Below are positions 13,705-26,614 of a DNA stretch of 64,000 nt, in pieces. The number at the start of each line of letters is the position of its first letter. The stretch's first letter is position 1. Source of the DNA: Octopus sinensis (taxonomy: Eukaryota); NCBI RefSeq assembly GCF_006345805.1, contig NC_043008.1:64976001-65040000 (forward strand), read 5' to 3'. Under the pieces are notes generated by a model, which searched no databases, was not told where the DNA came from, and saw only the letters and a program-made list of their open reading frames with translations. A program made the position numbers and the translations under genes.

Positions 13705-15237
13705 TTAATTGAAATATAGTTGATATACAAATAAATATAATTATAATTAAGGACACTAACCAAGACACAGCTGTGTGAAGCCGCGCTATCTTTAGGGTCA
13801 GCGTAACCCACAGTTTAGGTATTCTAAGGCAGTGATCATGCGTTGGAAAAAAGCTTTTCCCAAAATTTCCCCCCAGGAGTGCGGGATTCAGTTGTGATAC
13901 GTTGGAATCCTTACAGTCATGAATATGCTTCCTCATTTCTCTTTAAACGCCTGACTGAGACTCCTACCAAGTTCTTTGGGAACAACCTAGTAATCGTGAA
14001 GTGTTTTTCCCCAATCAGGATCATCGTGTTTTACATTAGCGTATGTTAGGATTTTTTCTTCAGGCCACTGTAGTGGTTAGCACCTGCTTGCAAACTACTT
14101 CCAATCTCTTGCTTGCCTTTTTCGTTAAAACATATTTTCTATTTCTCTCTTTTCTTAAGCGTTTCCTGCATTTCTTCTGCTTCCATTACTCCACGACACC
14201 GTAAGACGAAATGGAGTGTGTACTGTTCCTCGTATTTTCTGATTCGTTCTCTGCGGTAACAGAAGAAACCCCTTATATTTTTTAAATTATCACTTGTATC
14301 TGATGCTACTGATACAGAAGAGGAGGCAGCATTGTTTGCATCCGCTCTGACCACTGAAGAAGTTAAGTCGGAATATTGTATGGAAACAGTGACGATGTGA
14401 CGATGATTTTGATGCCTGCAGTTTGCTGTTGTTTCTAATGATAGTTCCTCCAATTTGTAACCATGAGCCTCATTATTGCCACGTCTCTCATTCCTCCTTT
14501 AGCTTCTATTACAATACTAAATCAAGTAGACTTTTGGCCTGGCACAACCAGCCTTGATTCACCTCTCTATACAATCAAGAAAGTACGTCTCGAAAAGAAT
14601 ACCGTGGTAATCAGGAGTAATAATTATTCGGGTTAACATACAGACCATTTCATAGCACATGTTGTTGTAGATCACCACTACCGGCCTCACGTGTTCGTCA
14701 TTTTCTGTCGTCGTTCCATTTATACAGTCTCCATAAATTCAATATTGTTTATCTTAATTTTCCATTTGCTCACATTTCTTTTTCTTCTCTTTGATAAAGA
14801 ATAAACGACAGATTCCATTCTGTTTCTTTCATTGACTACTTTACTTTTCTTGTACAAGTTCATCCATTGTTGTTTTGCCTCATATATCAACACCTTTTCC
14901 TGTCAACCGGTTTGTTTTTATTAAATTCATGCACTTCTAGCTTATCTGTCTCCTCCTAGCATCAAGGTTTTACTCAAATCTGTTTGCAGGATTTGGTTTA
15001 CTTTCATCCTTACAGCTACACAGAACGAATCACCGCTGCTTCGAACATTGTCCATAAAAGTTATATATGTGTGTGTATGTGTGTGTGTGTGCGTGCGCGT
15101 GCTTGTGTAAGTACAAGTGTGTACACACGGGCTCGCGTACATGAGTGTATGTTGTGTATGTAAGACAATAAATTTGTAGCTTTCATTGGCTAGAAAACTA
15201 TACCCAGATACTCACTTAGAGGTAGTGAGGCGAATAT

Positions 15238-15840
15238 ATTCTTATTTGTTTAATGCCCACAAGGGGCTAAACATAGAGGGGACAAACAAGGACAGACAGA
15301 GGGATTAACTTGATTATATTGACCTCAGTGCGTAACTGGTACTTAATTTATCGACCCCGAAAGGATGAAAGGCAAAGTCGACCTCGGCGGAATTTGAACT
15401 CAGAACGTAAAGACAGACGAAATACCTATTTCTTTACTACCCACAAGGGGCTAAACACAGAGGGGACAAACGCGGACAGATAAACGGATTAAGTCGATTA
15501 TATCGACCCCCGTGCGTAACGGGTACTTATTTAATCGACCCCGAAAGGATGAAAGGCAAAATCGACCTCGGCGGAATTTGAACTCAGAACGTAGCGGCAG
15601 ACGAAATACCTATTTCTTTATTACCCACAAGGGGCTAAACACAGAGGGGACATACAAGGACAGACATAGGTATTAAGTCGATTACATCGACCCCAGTGCG
15701 TAACTGGTACTTTATTTATCGACCCCGAAAGGATGAAAGGCAAAGTCGACCTCGGAGGAATTTGAACTCAGAACGTAACGCAGACGAAATACCGCAAAGC
15801 ATTTCGCCCAGCGTGCTAACGATTCTACCAGCTCGCCGCC
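15238..15840 (-). mobile_element. SINE family C: one tRNA head followed by three tandem ~184 bp bodies
   Basis: Head GGCGGCGAGCTGGTAGAATCGTTAG ends at 15840, with B-box GAGTTCAAATTCC. The body GTCGACTTTGCCTTTCATCCTTTCGGGGTCGATAAA occurs three times. Junctions at 15417 and 15601. Confidence 0.85.
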
Positions 15841-16397
15841 TTCATATATTCTACACTATATTGAAGGTGAATATATTCTACAAAAGCTCTTCATAGCGAC
15901 ACAGATATTAGGGCACATAGCCGCAACATTTTTCTTAAATATTACGTAGCAAAAGTTGTCATAATCCACACGAAAATGGTCAAGTTTGTTGAACTACTCT
16001 CAATGATATTGCAAAATTGTATTCGCTTCTGTTTAAATATTTCCAATTTCGTTTCCGTTTCTGTATGAATCAGATACTTTGTTCCCTCAATGTTTTTTAA
16101 CTTACCGTTTTGGTAACCTGATTATCACATATAACTTCATTTTGTATTCCTGTTTATGACATGTTTCTATGTATTCATTCATATATTAAACGTTTATCTA
16201 ACATGAGACAGGCTTTATGCAATCTTCTGCCAAATGCTTCAACAATTTTCATGAAATAAATGACATAACTCGATATCCAAATAACATTTTAGATAATATA
16301 CTGTCAAACGGCGAAGAATATCATAATGAATTTTGCACATTTTTTGTGCTCTTTATTGGCATGATAGTTCATATAAGTATAACTGTTCTCATAACAT

Positions 16398-16552
16398 GCA
16401 GGAGTGGCTGTGGAATAAGTAGCTTGCTTACCAATCACATGGTTCCGGGTTCAGTCCTTGGGCAAGTGTCTTCTACTATAGCCTTGGGTCGACCAAAGCC
16501 TTGTGAGTGGATTTGGTAGACGGAAACTGAAAGACGCCCTTCGTATATATAC

Positions 16553-16616
<64 letters not shown>

Positions 16617-16853
16617 CGTGTATGTGTGTGTGTGTGTGTGTGTACGTTTGTGTGTCTGTGTTTGTCCCACCAACATCGCTTGACAACCGATGCTGGTGTG
16701 TTTACGTCCCCGTCACTTAGCAGTTCAGCAAAAGAGACCGATAGAATAAGTACTGGGGTTACAAAGAATAAGTCCCGGGGTCAATTTTCTCGACTAAAGG
16801 CGGTGCTGCAGCATGGTCGCAGTCAAATGACTGAAACAAATAAAAGTAAAAAA
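16398..16853 (+). mobile_element. tRNA-derived SINE, family B, with a CORE-like segment and internal (TA)n(TG)n
   Basis: Head GCAGGAGTGGCTGTGG..GGTTCCGGGTTCAGTCC, CORE-like CTTGGGCAAGTGTCTT, central microsatellite, and tail GCATGGTCGCAGTCAAATGACTGAAAC. Confidence 0.85.
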
Positions 16854-18966
16854 GAAAAAAGAAATACTCAGATTAGCATTGAAGTGCTTATACCTTTCTT
16901 TGGATTATCAGAGACTGATAGGAGGATAGCAGGAGTTTATTCTCATATGTTAGATTTGCGCTGGAAGAAAGTCCACCGAAGGAATCCAAGAAACATGGTA
17001 TCATTAAAGAGCATAATGAAATAAATATAAAGTACATATACCACTCAAATATTAATTTATATTTGAAAATATACAAATTGTTTTATCTAGTTTGAAAAAC
17101 CTTAAATTATATGAACTAGAAATCGTAAATCTGAAGGGATTGTTGTACCCATGCATAAAAAGTTTCAATCACTGTACTTATTTGAACAGGTAAGCTCTTA
17201 GCAATAGATAATACCTGAAGGCAGAGAAAAAACAGTCCACGAACAGAGATCAAGATGTTAATTTCGCATTTTTAAAGTTGATATTACACTTTAAAAGCAG
17301 CTCATAAATGCCTCAATGTAACACAGAATGAAAATGCTATAAAACATTAAAGGTGAGCTGTGTTGGCCTCTCACGTTCTATTAAATAATTATACTTGTTT
17401 TATTTCACTTACGTTGTTTAACACATTTATAACTTATCGAAAACCAAACCTTGAACATTTTCTTTCTCTTAAAACAATAGAAATAATTTTACATTGCTCT
17501 ATACTTACCTATACGAGCAGAATTTCATCCACTTCAGGAAAATATAAGGTGTAACCGAACTGTGAGTCTAATTAAAGGGAAAACATCCAATCCCCTAAAT
17601 GTTCACCACGTAATGATAATAGCTAAAGTCGACCTTTAACAGATCAAGTTCTCTATTAATTTATTTGGGGTGTATATAATAAATACAAATCAAGTACCGT
17701 TGTTGATTAAATAGCCCATTTTATAAATGCGTGACCTTGCGCCTACATTAGAAATCATTAATCACAAACAGTAGAATAAGACATTGAAACTTTTGTTCTT
17801 GGTTCTATGTATTTTTACCAATGTTTGAGATCAATTGATTTAGTTTGGTTATAAATTTAAAGACATAACAAAGACAAATATATCTTCAATTGTCTCTTTA
17901 TTTCAAACATAACACCTCTCATCTCATTGAGAAGTTCTTTCAGAACTTTTAATGATAATAGCATAAGTCTTTGTAAGACAATGAGTTAAACAAATTAATT
18001 ATTATTTCGATGAAATTAATATGAGAAAACAAAGAAACGTTAGTTTTACCGAAATATTCCGGTCAAAATCTCGATTTCAATCGTGTATTTAATTGTAGAA
18101 ATCACAATCACTGGAGCATAATAACTTGAAATTATTCACAAAGCGTTCCCAAAAGAAAATTAACCAGTGAAGAGATAGATATTAAAATCTTTGATGATAT
18201 TCAAGTATTTGTCTTTGTCGTTCTTGTTGCTGCTGTTGTTTCTTACTGTCGTTACCGTTTTCAATAGTTGTTGTTGTTGTTATTCTTAGTTTGTTTAATC
18301 TTTCAGTTATTCCAAGCCCTTAATTACTTTCTCTAAGTAATTCTATTTTCGAAAGTCAATGTTTATTTAATTTTGTACTGTAATGCATAGCGGTTCCATC
18401 ATCGCTAGTTCGGGCAAGTACAGTGAAGGCTATAATTCGTTTGTTTTACAGTGACAACGAAGAATAACCGAAATTAATTTCTATAATTCTTCATGAAGAT
18501 CAAAGTAAGATTTTCATGTTTATTTTAAGAGGGGGTAGCCTCTCTGAATTGCATTAAAATTTCAAGGAAATGATAACACAAAGATGGTTGTGGTGGTAAA
18601 GTTGGCATCAGCGCAGTACGCTGTCTATAACATTATAAAATAAGGAGGCCCCGTTGTGAAAATTTAACCTGTTGGGTTACAATGATTCGAACACGCGGGA
18701 GACTAATAATAAAAAGATCATTCAACCATCAAGTGAGAGGCCGGAAATCGAACAGAAATATCAAGCAAATCTCCTAGATATCATATGATAGATTGTTTAA
18801 TGCTTGATTCATAATAATTATATATGGAATACGCTCAAATATTAGTCTACTTGAAATAGATACTCTCATGATAATGAGTAACAATGAAATACTCCCTCCC
18901 ACACACACACGTGTCTGTATCACAATTTCCCCGACATTTGGTCTCTATATAATAACTAGTAATGTC

Positions 18967-19017
<51 letters not shown>

Positions 19018-19490
19018 AATTACATTATATAAAAGGGCTTAGTAAAATAAATTACTTTGCCGCATACTGAACTCATTAGAAATAGCAGCTAAAAAACTTT
19101 TTTAAAACTATTTCCAATACTTAAAGAAAACCTCTCACATATAGTGTTTGCTCAATTCAACTCACGCAAATATGGGGGTAGAGACATTAAAAAATCAAGT
19201 GCAAAGGTTGCATACTGAATACTTGGTGAAATTGATTAATTAATTAATTTTACCCTCAATTGTTGAAATTATAATTCATCTCTCTCTATATAATGCCGCG
19301 GATTTTACCGAAAAAAGCATAGTGTTTACTGATTTTAACCCACGCTGGTGGAAAGGGGAGAGCAGAAATTCTTCGCTTGCATTTTTGAGTTTGTTGGCAC
19401 TGTTAGTTACGAACAGATCTTCAGAAGCGAGAGGAAGCCGAAAGGGTATGCTCCTACTTTCAGTGTTCTCAAATCCAAACCAGGGAGTTC

Positions 19491-19544
19491 TGAGCTGATG
19501 ATAGAAATGTCGAATTTTGACTAATCTTGAAACGTACGTTCTCA
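19491..19544 (+). ncRNA. Minimal type I hammerhead ribozyme, unit 1
   Basis: TGAG-CTGATGA-[27 nt stem II with AGA/TCT and GTC/GAC pairings]-GAAA-CGTACG-TT-CTCA. Stem I is TGAG/CTCA, stem III is the palindrome ACGTACGT, predicted cleavage after 19540. The stem II closing pair is U-U (imperfect). Confidence 0.75.
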
Positions 19545-20049
19545 AATAACCTTTGCACTTGATTTTTTAATGTCTCTACCCCCATATTTGCGTGAGTTGA
19601 ATTGAGGAAACACTATATGTGAGAGGTTTTCTTTAAGTATTGGAAATAGTTTTAAAAAAGTTTTTTTAGCTGCTATTTCTAATGAGTTCAGTATGCGGCA
19701 AAGTAATTTATTTTACTAAGCCCTTTTATATAATGTAATAATTTGAATTCGCCTTAAATGGTCCCTTTGCATACTGAATACTTGGTGAAATTGATTAATT
19801 AATTAATTTTACCCTCAATTGTTGAAATTATAATTCATCTCTCTCTATATAATGCCGCGGATTTTACCGAAAAAAGCATAGTGTTTACTGATTTTAACCC
19901 ACGCTGGTGGAAAGGGGAGAGCAGAAATTCTTCGCTTGCATTTTTGAGTTTGTTGGCACTGTTAGTTACGAACAGATCTTCAGAAGCGAGAGGAAGCCGA
20001 AAGGGTATGCTCCTACTTTCAGTGTTCTCAAATCCAAACCAGGGAGTTC

Positions 20050-20103
20050 TGAGCTGATGATAGAAATGTCGAATTTTGACTAATCTTGAAACGTACGTTC
20101 TCA
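20050..20103 (+). ncRNA. Minimal type I hammerhead ribozyme, unit 2
   Basis: Identical to 19491-19544, 559 nt downstream; predicted cleavage after 20099. Confidence 0.75.
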
Positions 20104-21093
20104 AATAACCTTTGCACTTGATTTTTTAATGTCTCTACCCCCATATTTGCGTGAGTTGAATTGAGCAAACACTATATGTGAGAGGTTTTCTTTAAGTATT
20201 GGAAATAGTTTTAAAAAAGTTTTTTTAGCTGCTATTTCTAATGAGTTCAGTATGCGGCAAAGTAATTTATTTTACTAAGCCCTTTTATATAATGTAATAA
20301 TTTGAATTCGCCTTAAATGGTCCCTTTGCATCCTGAATACTTGGTGAAATTGATTAATTAATTAATTTTACCCTCAATTGTTGAAATATATATATATATA
20401 TATATATATATAAAGAAAGAGAGAGATACACACGTATACATATATAAACGAGTAACAGTGGAGGTACAAGTGTCAATCCATTACGGCCGTTTCTAATGAA
20501 TCCTTTAACTGACTAAAAAAAACGTTTTCGTCTGATAAATTCATGAACTTCGGAATAAAGAACATTAAAAACGATTTAACATTTGTGTACCTTCGAACAT
20601 GTCTCCCTCATCGGAGAGTGTGAGCCTTGTCGTACGTACTAAGATACGAAACGTGATTAGTAATCCTTTTATCGCCCATAGTGTGATTAGAACTCCCTCC
20701 AATAATCAAATACCGCAAAAGAATAAATCTTTCGATTTTTACCGTTCCTTCAATTACAACACACTCTACACAGGCGAACCAAGGATTTTTACATGCGCTT
20801 TGACTTTCAGATATCGGGTAATGACTGTATCCAGATGAGAATTCATAGCACTTGCTTCTTATTCGAGTATGCTCTTTCGAAGTATCCTGAATGCTTCAAG
20901 AGTTCATTACTGACATCCTATGCCATGTTTGCAGGCATACTTTATGCATACGTTATTGATTCATCGTAAAACTATAAAGCCAAATGAGAAACCATGATCA
21001 TTTCAATTCTCAAAAATGTGTGTGTGTACGCGTGCGTACGCACGTGTGTTTATACATATGGCTGTGTATACATATACATGTACATATATATAT

Positions 21094-21147
<54 letters not shown>

Positions 21148-21272
21148 ACTTGTTTCAGTCATTTGACTGCGGCCATGCTGGAGCACCGCCTTTAGTCGAG
21201 CAAATCGACCCCGGGACTTAGTCTTTGTAAGCCCAGTACTTATTCTATCGGTCTCTTTTGCCGAACCGCTAA

Positions 21273-21336
<64 letters not shown>

Positions 21337-24300
21337 TTATTATAGTAAATTTATCTTTTCATTTAGATAGTAATAATTGTTTCTTTATAATATCATTTTC
21401 TAAGTGTCTGTCTTAATTTTTGCGTAAATTAGATTTCTTGCAATTAAAAAGTTTTTAAAATTTTGTTATATTTATTATCTTTATGCTAAATTCGCATATA
21501 ATTTTGTATTATTATTTATAGTTTGCTCGTAGTCACTTTTGGATTGTTGCGTAATCTAAAGACGGTATAATATGCGCCGATACTCAAAGCTCTTAAAACA
21601 AGAACTAACTCTAAATCAAGATTATACTGGATAAAAAAAATCCAGAAAAAGAAAAGCACAACGAAAAACGACGTCTCAATTATCACTCATAGAAGTACAC
21701 ACGCACACATAGATTAACTTTCTCCCTACCTCCCTCTTTCTCTTACTTTCTCTCTCCCCCTCGCTCTCTCTCACTCACTCTCTTTCACGCACACACACAA
21801 ACACAAATACACATACACGTATTCGAGCACAATTACAAACCAAAAATTCGTGGAATCCTGAACTTCACAAAGTAGGAAATACAAAAGAATAAACCAACCG
21901 TATTTCCTAGATTGAACTTCTTGTGAAGTTTATTTTTTCTTGAACTTTCTTTAAATTCATTAGGATGTGGCAAGGAAATTCAAGAAATGAAAAAACGATT
22001 AATGAAAGATAGTATTGATAAAGCATAGCAAAGCGCCAAAGAAATAAATAATAATGTTGCAGGTCGTTTTAAAGAGATTAGAGCAAACTGTAAAAGCGAA
22101 TACAGGTGACATGATGAGATGAAATCAAAGGCATTTGATAAATGAAAAACTTTTAAATGGGCTACTGTCGTCTTCAAGCTAAGGTTAATTGCATATATTG
22201 AAAAAAAACAAAACACTAATGCCTTTTCTACGAAATGATTTGAAATCTATGCAACAATTATCTAGATGAATTACTTTTCACATAGAACGATTTTTGGTGT
22301 GTCTTTGTGTGTGTGGAAATTGTATTTCTGTCGTAAGATTATTCTAACATGAACAGCTCTATAATGATATTGGTATCGTCACACAGTATACTGAGGATCC
22401 GATGATTGATTATGTAATGTAACACCTTGAGGTACCATTGAAGCAGTCTTTTTCATTGCCCTTTCATGTTAGCTAATTCCGACAGAGAAAGATAGAGGAC
22501 TTTTAGCGATATAAGGCAAGAATCTCTCCTGTCGGCATTTGAAATCTGAGAGGGCAGATCCTTAGTAAATAGTGTTACTCTTTTATCCGACGATATAAGT
22601 TGTATGCATATTCGCCATTTTTTTCAAAATGAAACCTGCTTTCATTTTCAAAAACCTCTATGTCTTTGAGAAGATGCTTTACTTTCTTGGCTCATATAAT
22701 ACCAAGGAGAACTGCTGTCACATCGCGAGCAATACGATAAATGTGTTACACAGAGTTCGGGATAATAGAAATTGGCATGTTCTTAAAAATCCTTTAATAT
22801 TTTTAAGATGTAAATATGTGTTGATATCAGGTGTTATTTCAAAGGTGTTTCGAAATCCTCTTTCCAAGTTTTGTTTTTCCCTTCGTCTCTTCTACTGAAA
22901 CAGATCTTGTCTATTTCCATACAATCTTGAAATTGATGTAATATCACGACAGTCTTCAATGAAAGGAAATTAACCCTGAGCATATCCTGAAGAAATGGCA
23001 TACGATCAGTTCTGCGCTGAATATCAAACAAAAAGACAAAAAATTCAATGAAGCGATTCGCATGATAAGTCAGACAATCAGAAGAAACAATAAAAAAATA
23101 TTTATTACATTGTTTCTTTAATCATTTATGTATAACTAAATTATTAAAAAAAAGTTTTACAAGGTGATCAAACATTCAACTAGTGGATACTAGCGACTGA
23201 AGTAGAATTAATACGAAAACGACAATTTTTGTATTGTACTTAGCGTGGAAGTATTGTTAGGACTCATTAGTGCATTATTCGCCTTGAGAGATGCTCTCAT
23301 ATAAACGTATTCTCCTAAAAAGCTCAGTCATATTGGTAGCAGAAGAGAATTGACTAAAATGGACAGTAGTACAGCTACATCTAGTGGTTTCCGTGTATCT
23401 ATGCTTCATCAGTAACAGCCATCTACTTACATTCTACTAGATTTTTCATTTTTAATTTAAAGCGCGTCGTTTGAGAATCCCAAGACTAAAATGGCCATTA
23501 TTTTCTTTGATTCTTGTTTTATTTTCAAATTTTGTTTTTCTTCGAGACACATCTCGTATTTAATTCATATGATGAAAATGGGCTTAAATTGCCCAGCAGT
23601 ATCCTTCTTGAGTATATAGTTTACTTTATTTTTATCATTACTAAACTTATTTCCATACATACACCAAAGTCATTGTAAGACATTTCTTCAAAGTATCATG
23701 AATAAAATGGAAAACAAAATGCCTGGGAATCGAAACACGTACACTCCTTTTGTTTTTGAAAGTCTTCCTTCTAAACAATTGCAGGTTTTGTAGTTCATAT
23801 CAATCACCTTTATTACTCAAGTGATTACATTTACAAGTGTCTGTAATTGTGGATGTTTAAATATTTCTGATAATATTGCTTTGTCTGCAGACGATGCATT
23901 GTATGGTATATTGTTACTGTGATATTTTCATTAAACGTCTTTGTCTCGGTTATTAATATTCAAAGGAAATGGAAGCACACCTGCTCTGTAGACATCCGAA
24001 CAGTATTGCGGAATTATAAATTGTTGTCAGGTCTCGCACACGCAAGACTATAATCGCGCAGACACAAGCGCTGATACTCACAGATATATATTATATGTGT
24101 GTGCGTATATGTGTATACATGTTTGTAAATATACATATGAATGCATGTATAAGTATGTGTATGTGCATAGGATAAATGATTGCATACATATACATATATG
24201 CACGTATCTTTACAGCTTTACAAACATCTATAAAGGAAAACACACGCGCATACACACATACACACGCATAGGTACTTTAAACACAAAAGCGCCAGAATCG

Positions 24301-24552
24301 ATTTAAATAGGCTGGAATATGTATATCCACATCTACAGAAATATAAAATATGCAAATGAATGCAGTCAGATTGTAGAAATAATAAATCACATTGTTATTC
24401 TCTGCAAATACACGTACGTTCCATTGTAATGTATATACAGACATACGTACTCATACACAAATATCATTAAATAAGTTACGACCGGTTGTGAAACCAAATG
24501 AAACTACGCATTCAAGATAAACGAAATACATACGTATAGAAACATGGCTTAC

Positions 24553-24685
24553 TTGCCCTTGTTTTCCGCTGTTCAACTCATTACGGAGCCGTGGGTACGC
24601 CATTCTAACATGCGGCATGTCTACGGCATTATCCTTCGTTTCAGACCTGAGAGAGCCCATCTTTCTGTGTCTGATTCTTCCCGAG
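24553..24685 (-). other. Candidate 133-nt spliced exon of an unidentified gene
   Basis: Pyrimidine tract TCTTACTCTTTCTCAATTTTCTTGAAAAG, then one open frame (SGRIRHRKMGSLRSETKDNAVDMPHVRMAYPRLRNELNSGKQGQ), then donor GTAAGC. GC is higher than in the flanks. No homology recognised. Confidence 0.3.
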
Positions 24686-24869
24686 CTTTTCAAGAAAATT
24701 GAGAAAGAGTAAGATTGTCCAGTACTTTATTTATCAGCCGGAGAGCGTGAAATACGAAATTGATCTCATCGTAATTTGAGCTCACAGAGAACACAGTTAG
24801 AACGATTATCGCAAACCAATCTCTATAACAGTCAAACGGGTCCATTATATATATACATATATATATATA

Positions 24870-25042
24870 TATTGGGTTGTCCGGAAAGTTCGTGCCGATT
24901 TTTAAAGGAAAGAAAAAAGTCAATAAATACTTGCCATTACATTTTTAATCAACCAAATATGAACCATTTTTGTTGTACAATTCGTCTCCATCTTTTTTTT
25001 AACTTGAAAATACCCTCTTCCCAGAATTGAGGTGCCTGGTAG
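24870..25042 (-). mobile_element. Mariner right end (C-terminus and TIR)
   Basis: TA followed by TTGGGTTGTCCGGAAAGTTCGTGCCGATTT (mariner-type TIR); the minus strand encodes FWEEGIFKLKKRWRRIVQQ. Confidence 0.8.
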
Positions 25043-26538
25043 GGTAAGTCGAAAGGTAAGATACTATAAATCTGCACAAACTTCCCAGACAACCAAATAT
25101 ATAGCACAAAAAGTATACGGGCAATATATACGCAAAACTTATACACACGTGCACAGCAAGTCATACGCGTACACAAACATCGTGTCAGTAAGATATATTT
25201 TCATGTTTGTTCGACTCACTAGAGATAGCAGCCGGAATTTCATTTGATTTATACCACCATCATAAAAAGAGAGTAAACTTTAGTAACGTCGTAATTTAGA
25301 ATATATTATGTCTTTAAAAGCTGACGAGAATGTAGTTAAAGCTTTAAGTAATTTTGCAGTTTTGACTCGATTCTACTGTGCAGTATGTTATGTAAGTGGT
25401 TTTTATATGACCTTGGTTCGATTGGGTCGTTTTGAAACAATTTTAAGCTAATAGAAACTATGTGGAAGCCTTTCGAGTGGATTTCATTTGTAATTTATAA
25501 TCCACCCACATCACTCATTGTCTTATGTGGATTCGGTTTAGGAATCACGCTAACGGTACACGCATTTGCGAGATACTTGTTAACTCGTTCATTAATTTAA
25601 CAAGTCAAACATTTCGTTGATCAACGTACAATCACAGTTGTATGCCGCAGGTTTACAGCAAGTCACTGAATTTTCGAGGTGGAATTGCGTTCAATCATAG
25701 GCCCCTGAAACTTAGCTGACCGAGAACTAAACCCTAACAACGGCATACATACAACAGCTGCAGATTGGGAAGGCATACGATTAAAATAACTAACATATGC
25801 TTTTTACAAAATATTCTTAAACTGAGATGTTATACACAAGATAGAACTTGTAATATTTGTACTAGAAGACATGAGTGATGTCTTAACACTTGAATATTAC
25901 ATTTTAAAGTCACTTTAAATGAACGAACGCAGAAATATCTGACTGGTCTATCTCTACGTAATAGTCCCCACAAAATCTATGAGAATTCCGCCTAAATCCT
26001 AAAAATAATATATTTCCCAAATAATGTATCTGTCATATTGTGAAATACATTTTTTAGCAAGAAAAAGTTAACTTATTTATTCGTGAAGTAAAATTATGTA
26101 GCAACACCAAATGGTGGTGCACGATATGGCCACAGCACGTGAGCTGAAACTAGATGAAATAATAAAAAAATTAAACGTCATTTAGTAATAAAACAATCTT
26201 TAATTTAGTGGGATTTACACATATGATACTGAAGTCATGAAAGTGTCAAGAGGTTTTACATGTTAGTAGAGGAATTTTAACACGTGTGCTGCGGGTGACT
26301 ATTACACGGTTGGATGACTGGAAGACTACATAGCGGTTGTTCAGCAAATAATCATTTTTTAACAACTTATTGATTAATTACGAACAGATTTAATGCCATA
26401 TTGGTATGCTACTTCACGTTACTTACCGCTCGAATAATAGGCAACGTGAAACTCAGAGTTGCAATTGAAGAAGCTGCGCTTTCTTATAAAGTTACAAACT
26501 ATTTTCTATGCTAGATTCATGTAAGACGTACACACGCG

Positions 26539-26589
<51 letters not shown>

Positions 26590-26614
26590 GTATGTATATA
26601 TATATATATATAAT

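Larger units (their letters stand above)
19017..20387 (+). mobile_element. ORF-less HHR-bearing tandem element (retrozyme-like / PLE pseudo-LTR array): ~190 bp inverted 5' piece plus 2.1 direct units of 559 bp, flanked by (TA)n
   Basis: Unit start GCAT(A/C)CTGAATACTTGG at 19210, 19769 and 20328 (period 559). The two full units are near-identical. 19021-19209 is the reverse complement of ~19548-19738. One HHR per unit. (TA)n lies on both sides. Confidence 0.85.

Noticed and set aside
13790-13900. Minus-strand peptide KAFFQRMITALEYL resembling a protein-kinase helix
   Set aside because: There is no in-frame HRDLK motif, stops flank it, and no splice signals or other kinase motifs are present.
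14139-14800. Possible Sola- or piggyBac-like transposase remnant
   Set aside because: Only a vague RRKRNVSKWK resemblance; no catalytic motifs or termini could be supported.
15238-15840. Regularly spaced repeats resembling a CRISPR array or tRNA genes
   Set aside because: The units are 184-bp SINE bodies with no unique spacers, the context is eukaryotic, and the tRNA-like heads do not form full cloverleaves.
17512-17562. 51-nt candidate exon on the minus strand with a GTAAGT donor
   Set aside because: The acceptor is weak and ambiguous, and the frame following the 24553 donor ends in a stop; support is insufficient.
19370-19430. Hairpin TCGCTT...AAGCGA with CTGAAGA on the minus strand (possible antisense HHR or SECIS)
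   Set aside because: It lacks GAAA and a UH site for an HHR, and lacks the AUGA/GA quartet for a SECIS.
19276-20104. Identical 89-aa ORF repeated twice on the minus strand
   Set aside because: It is a by-product of the 559-bp tandem duplication, antisense to the HHR, with no recognisable domain.
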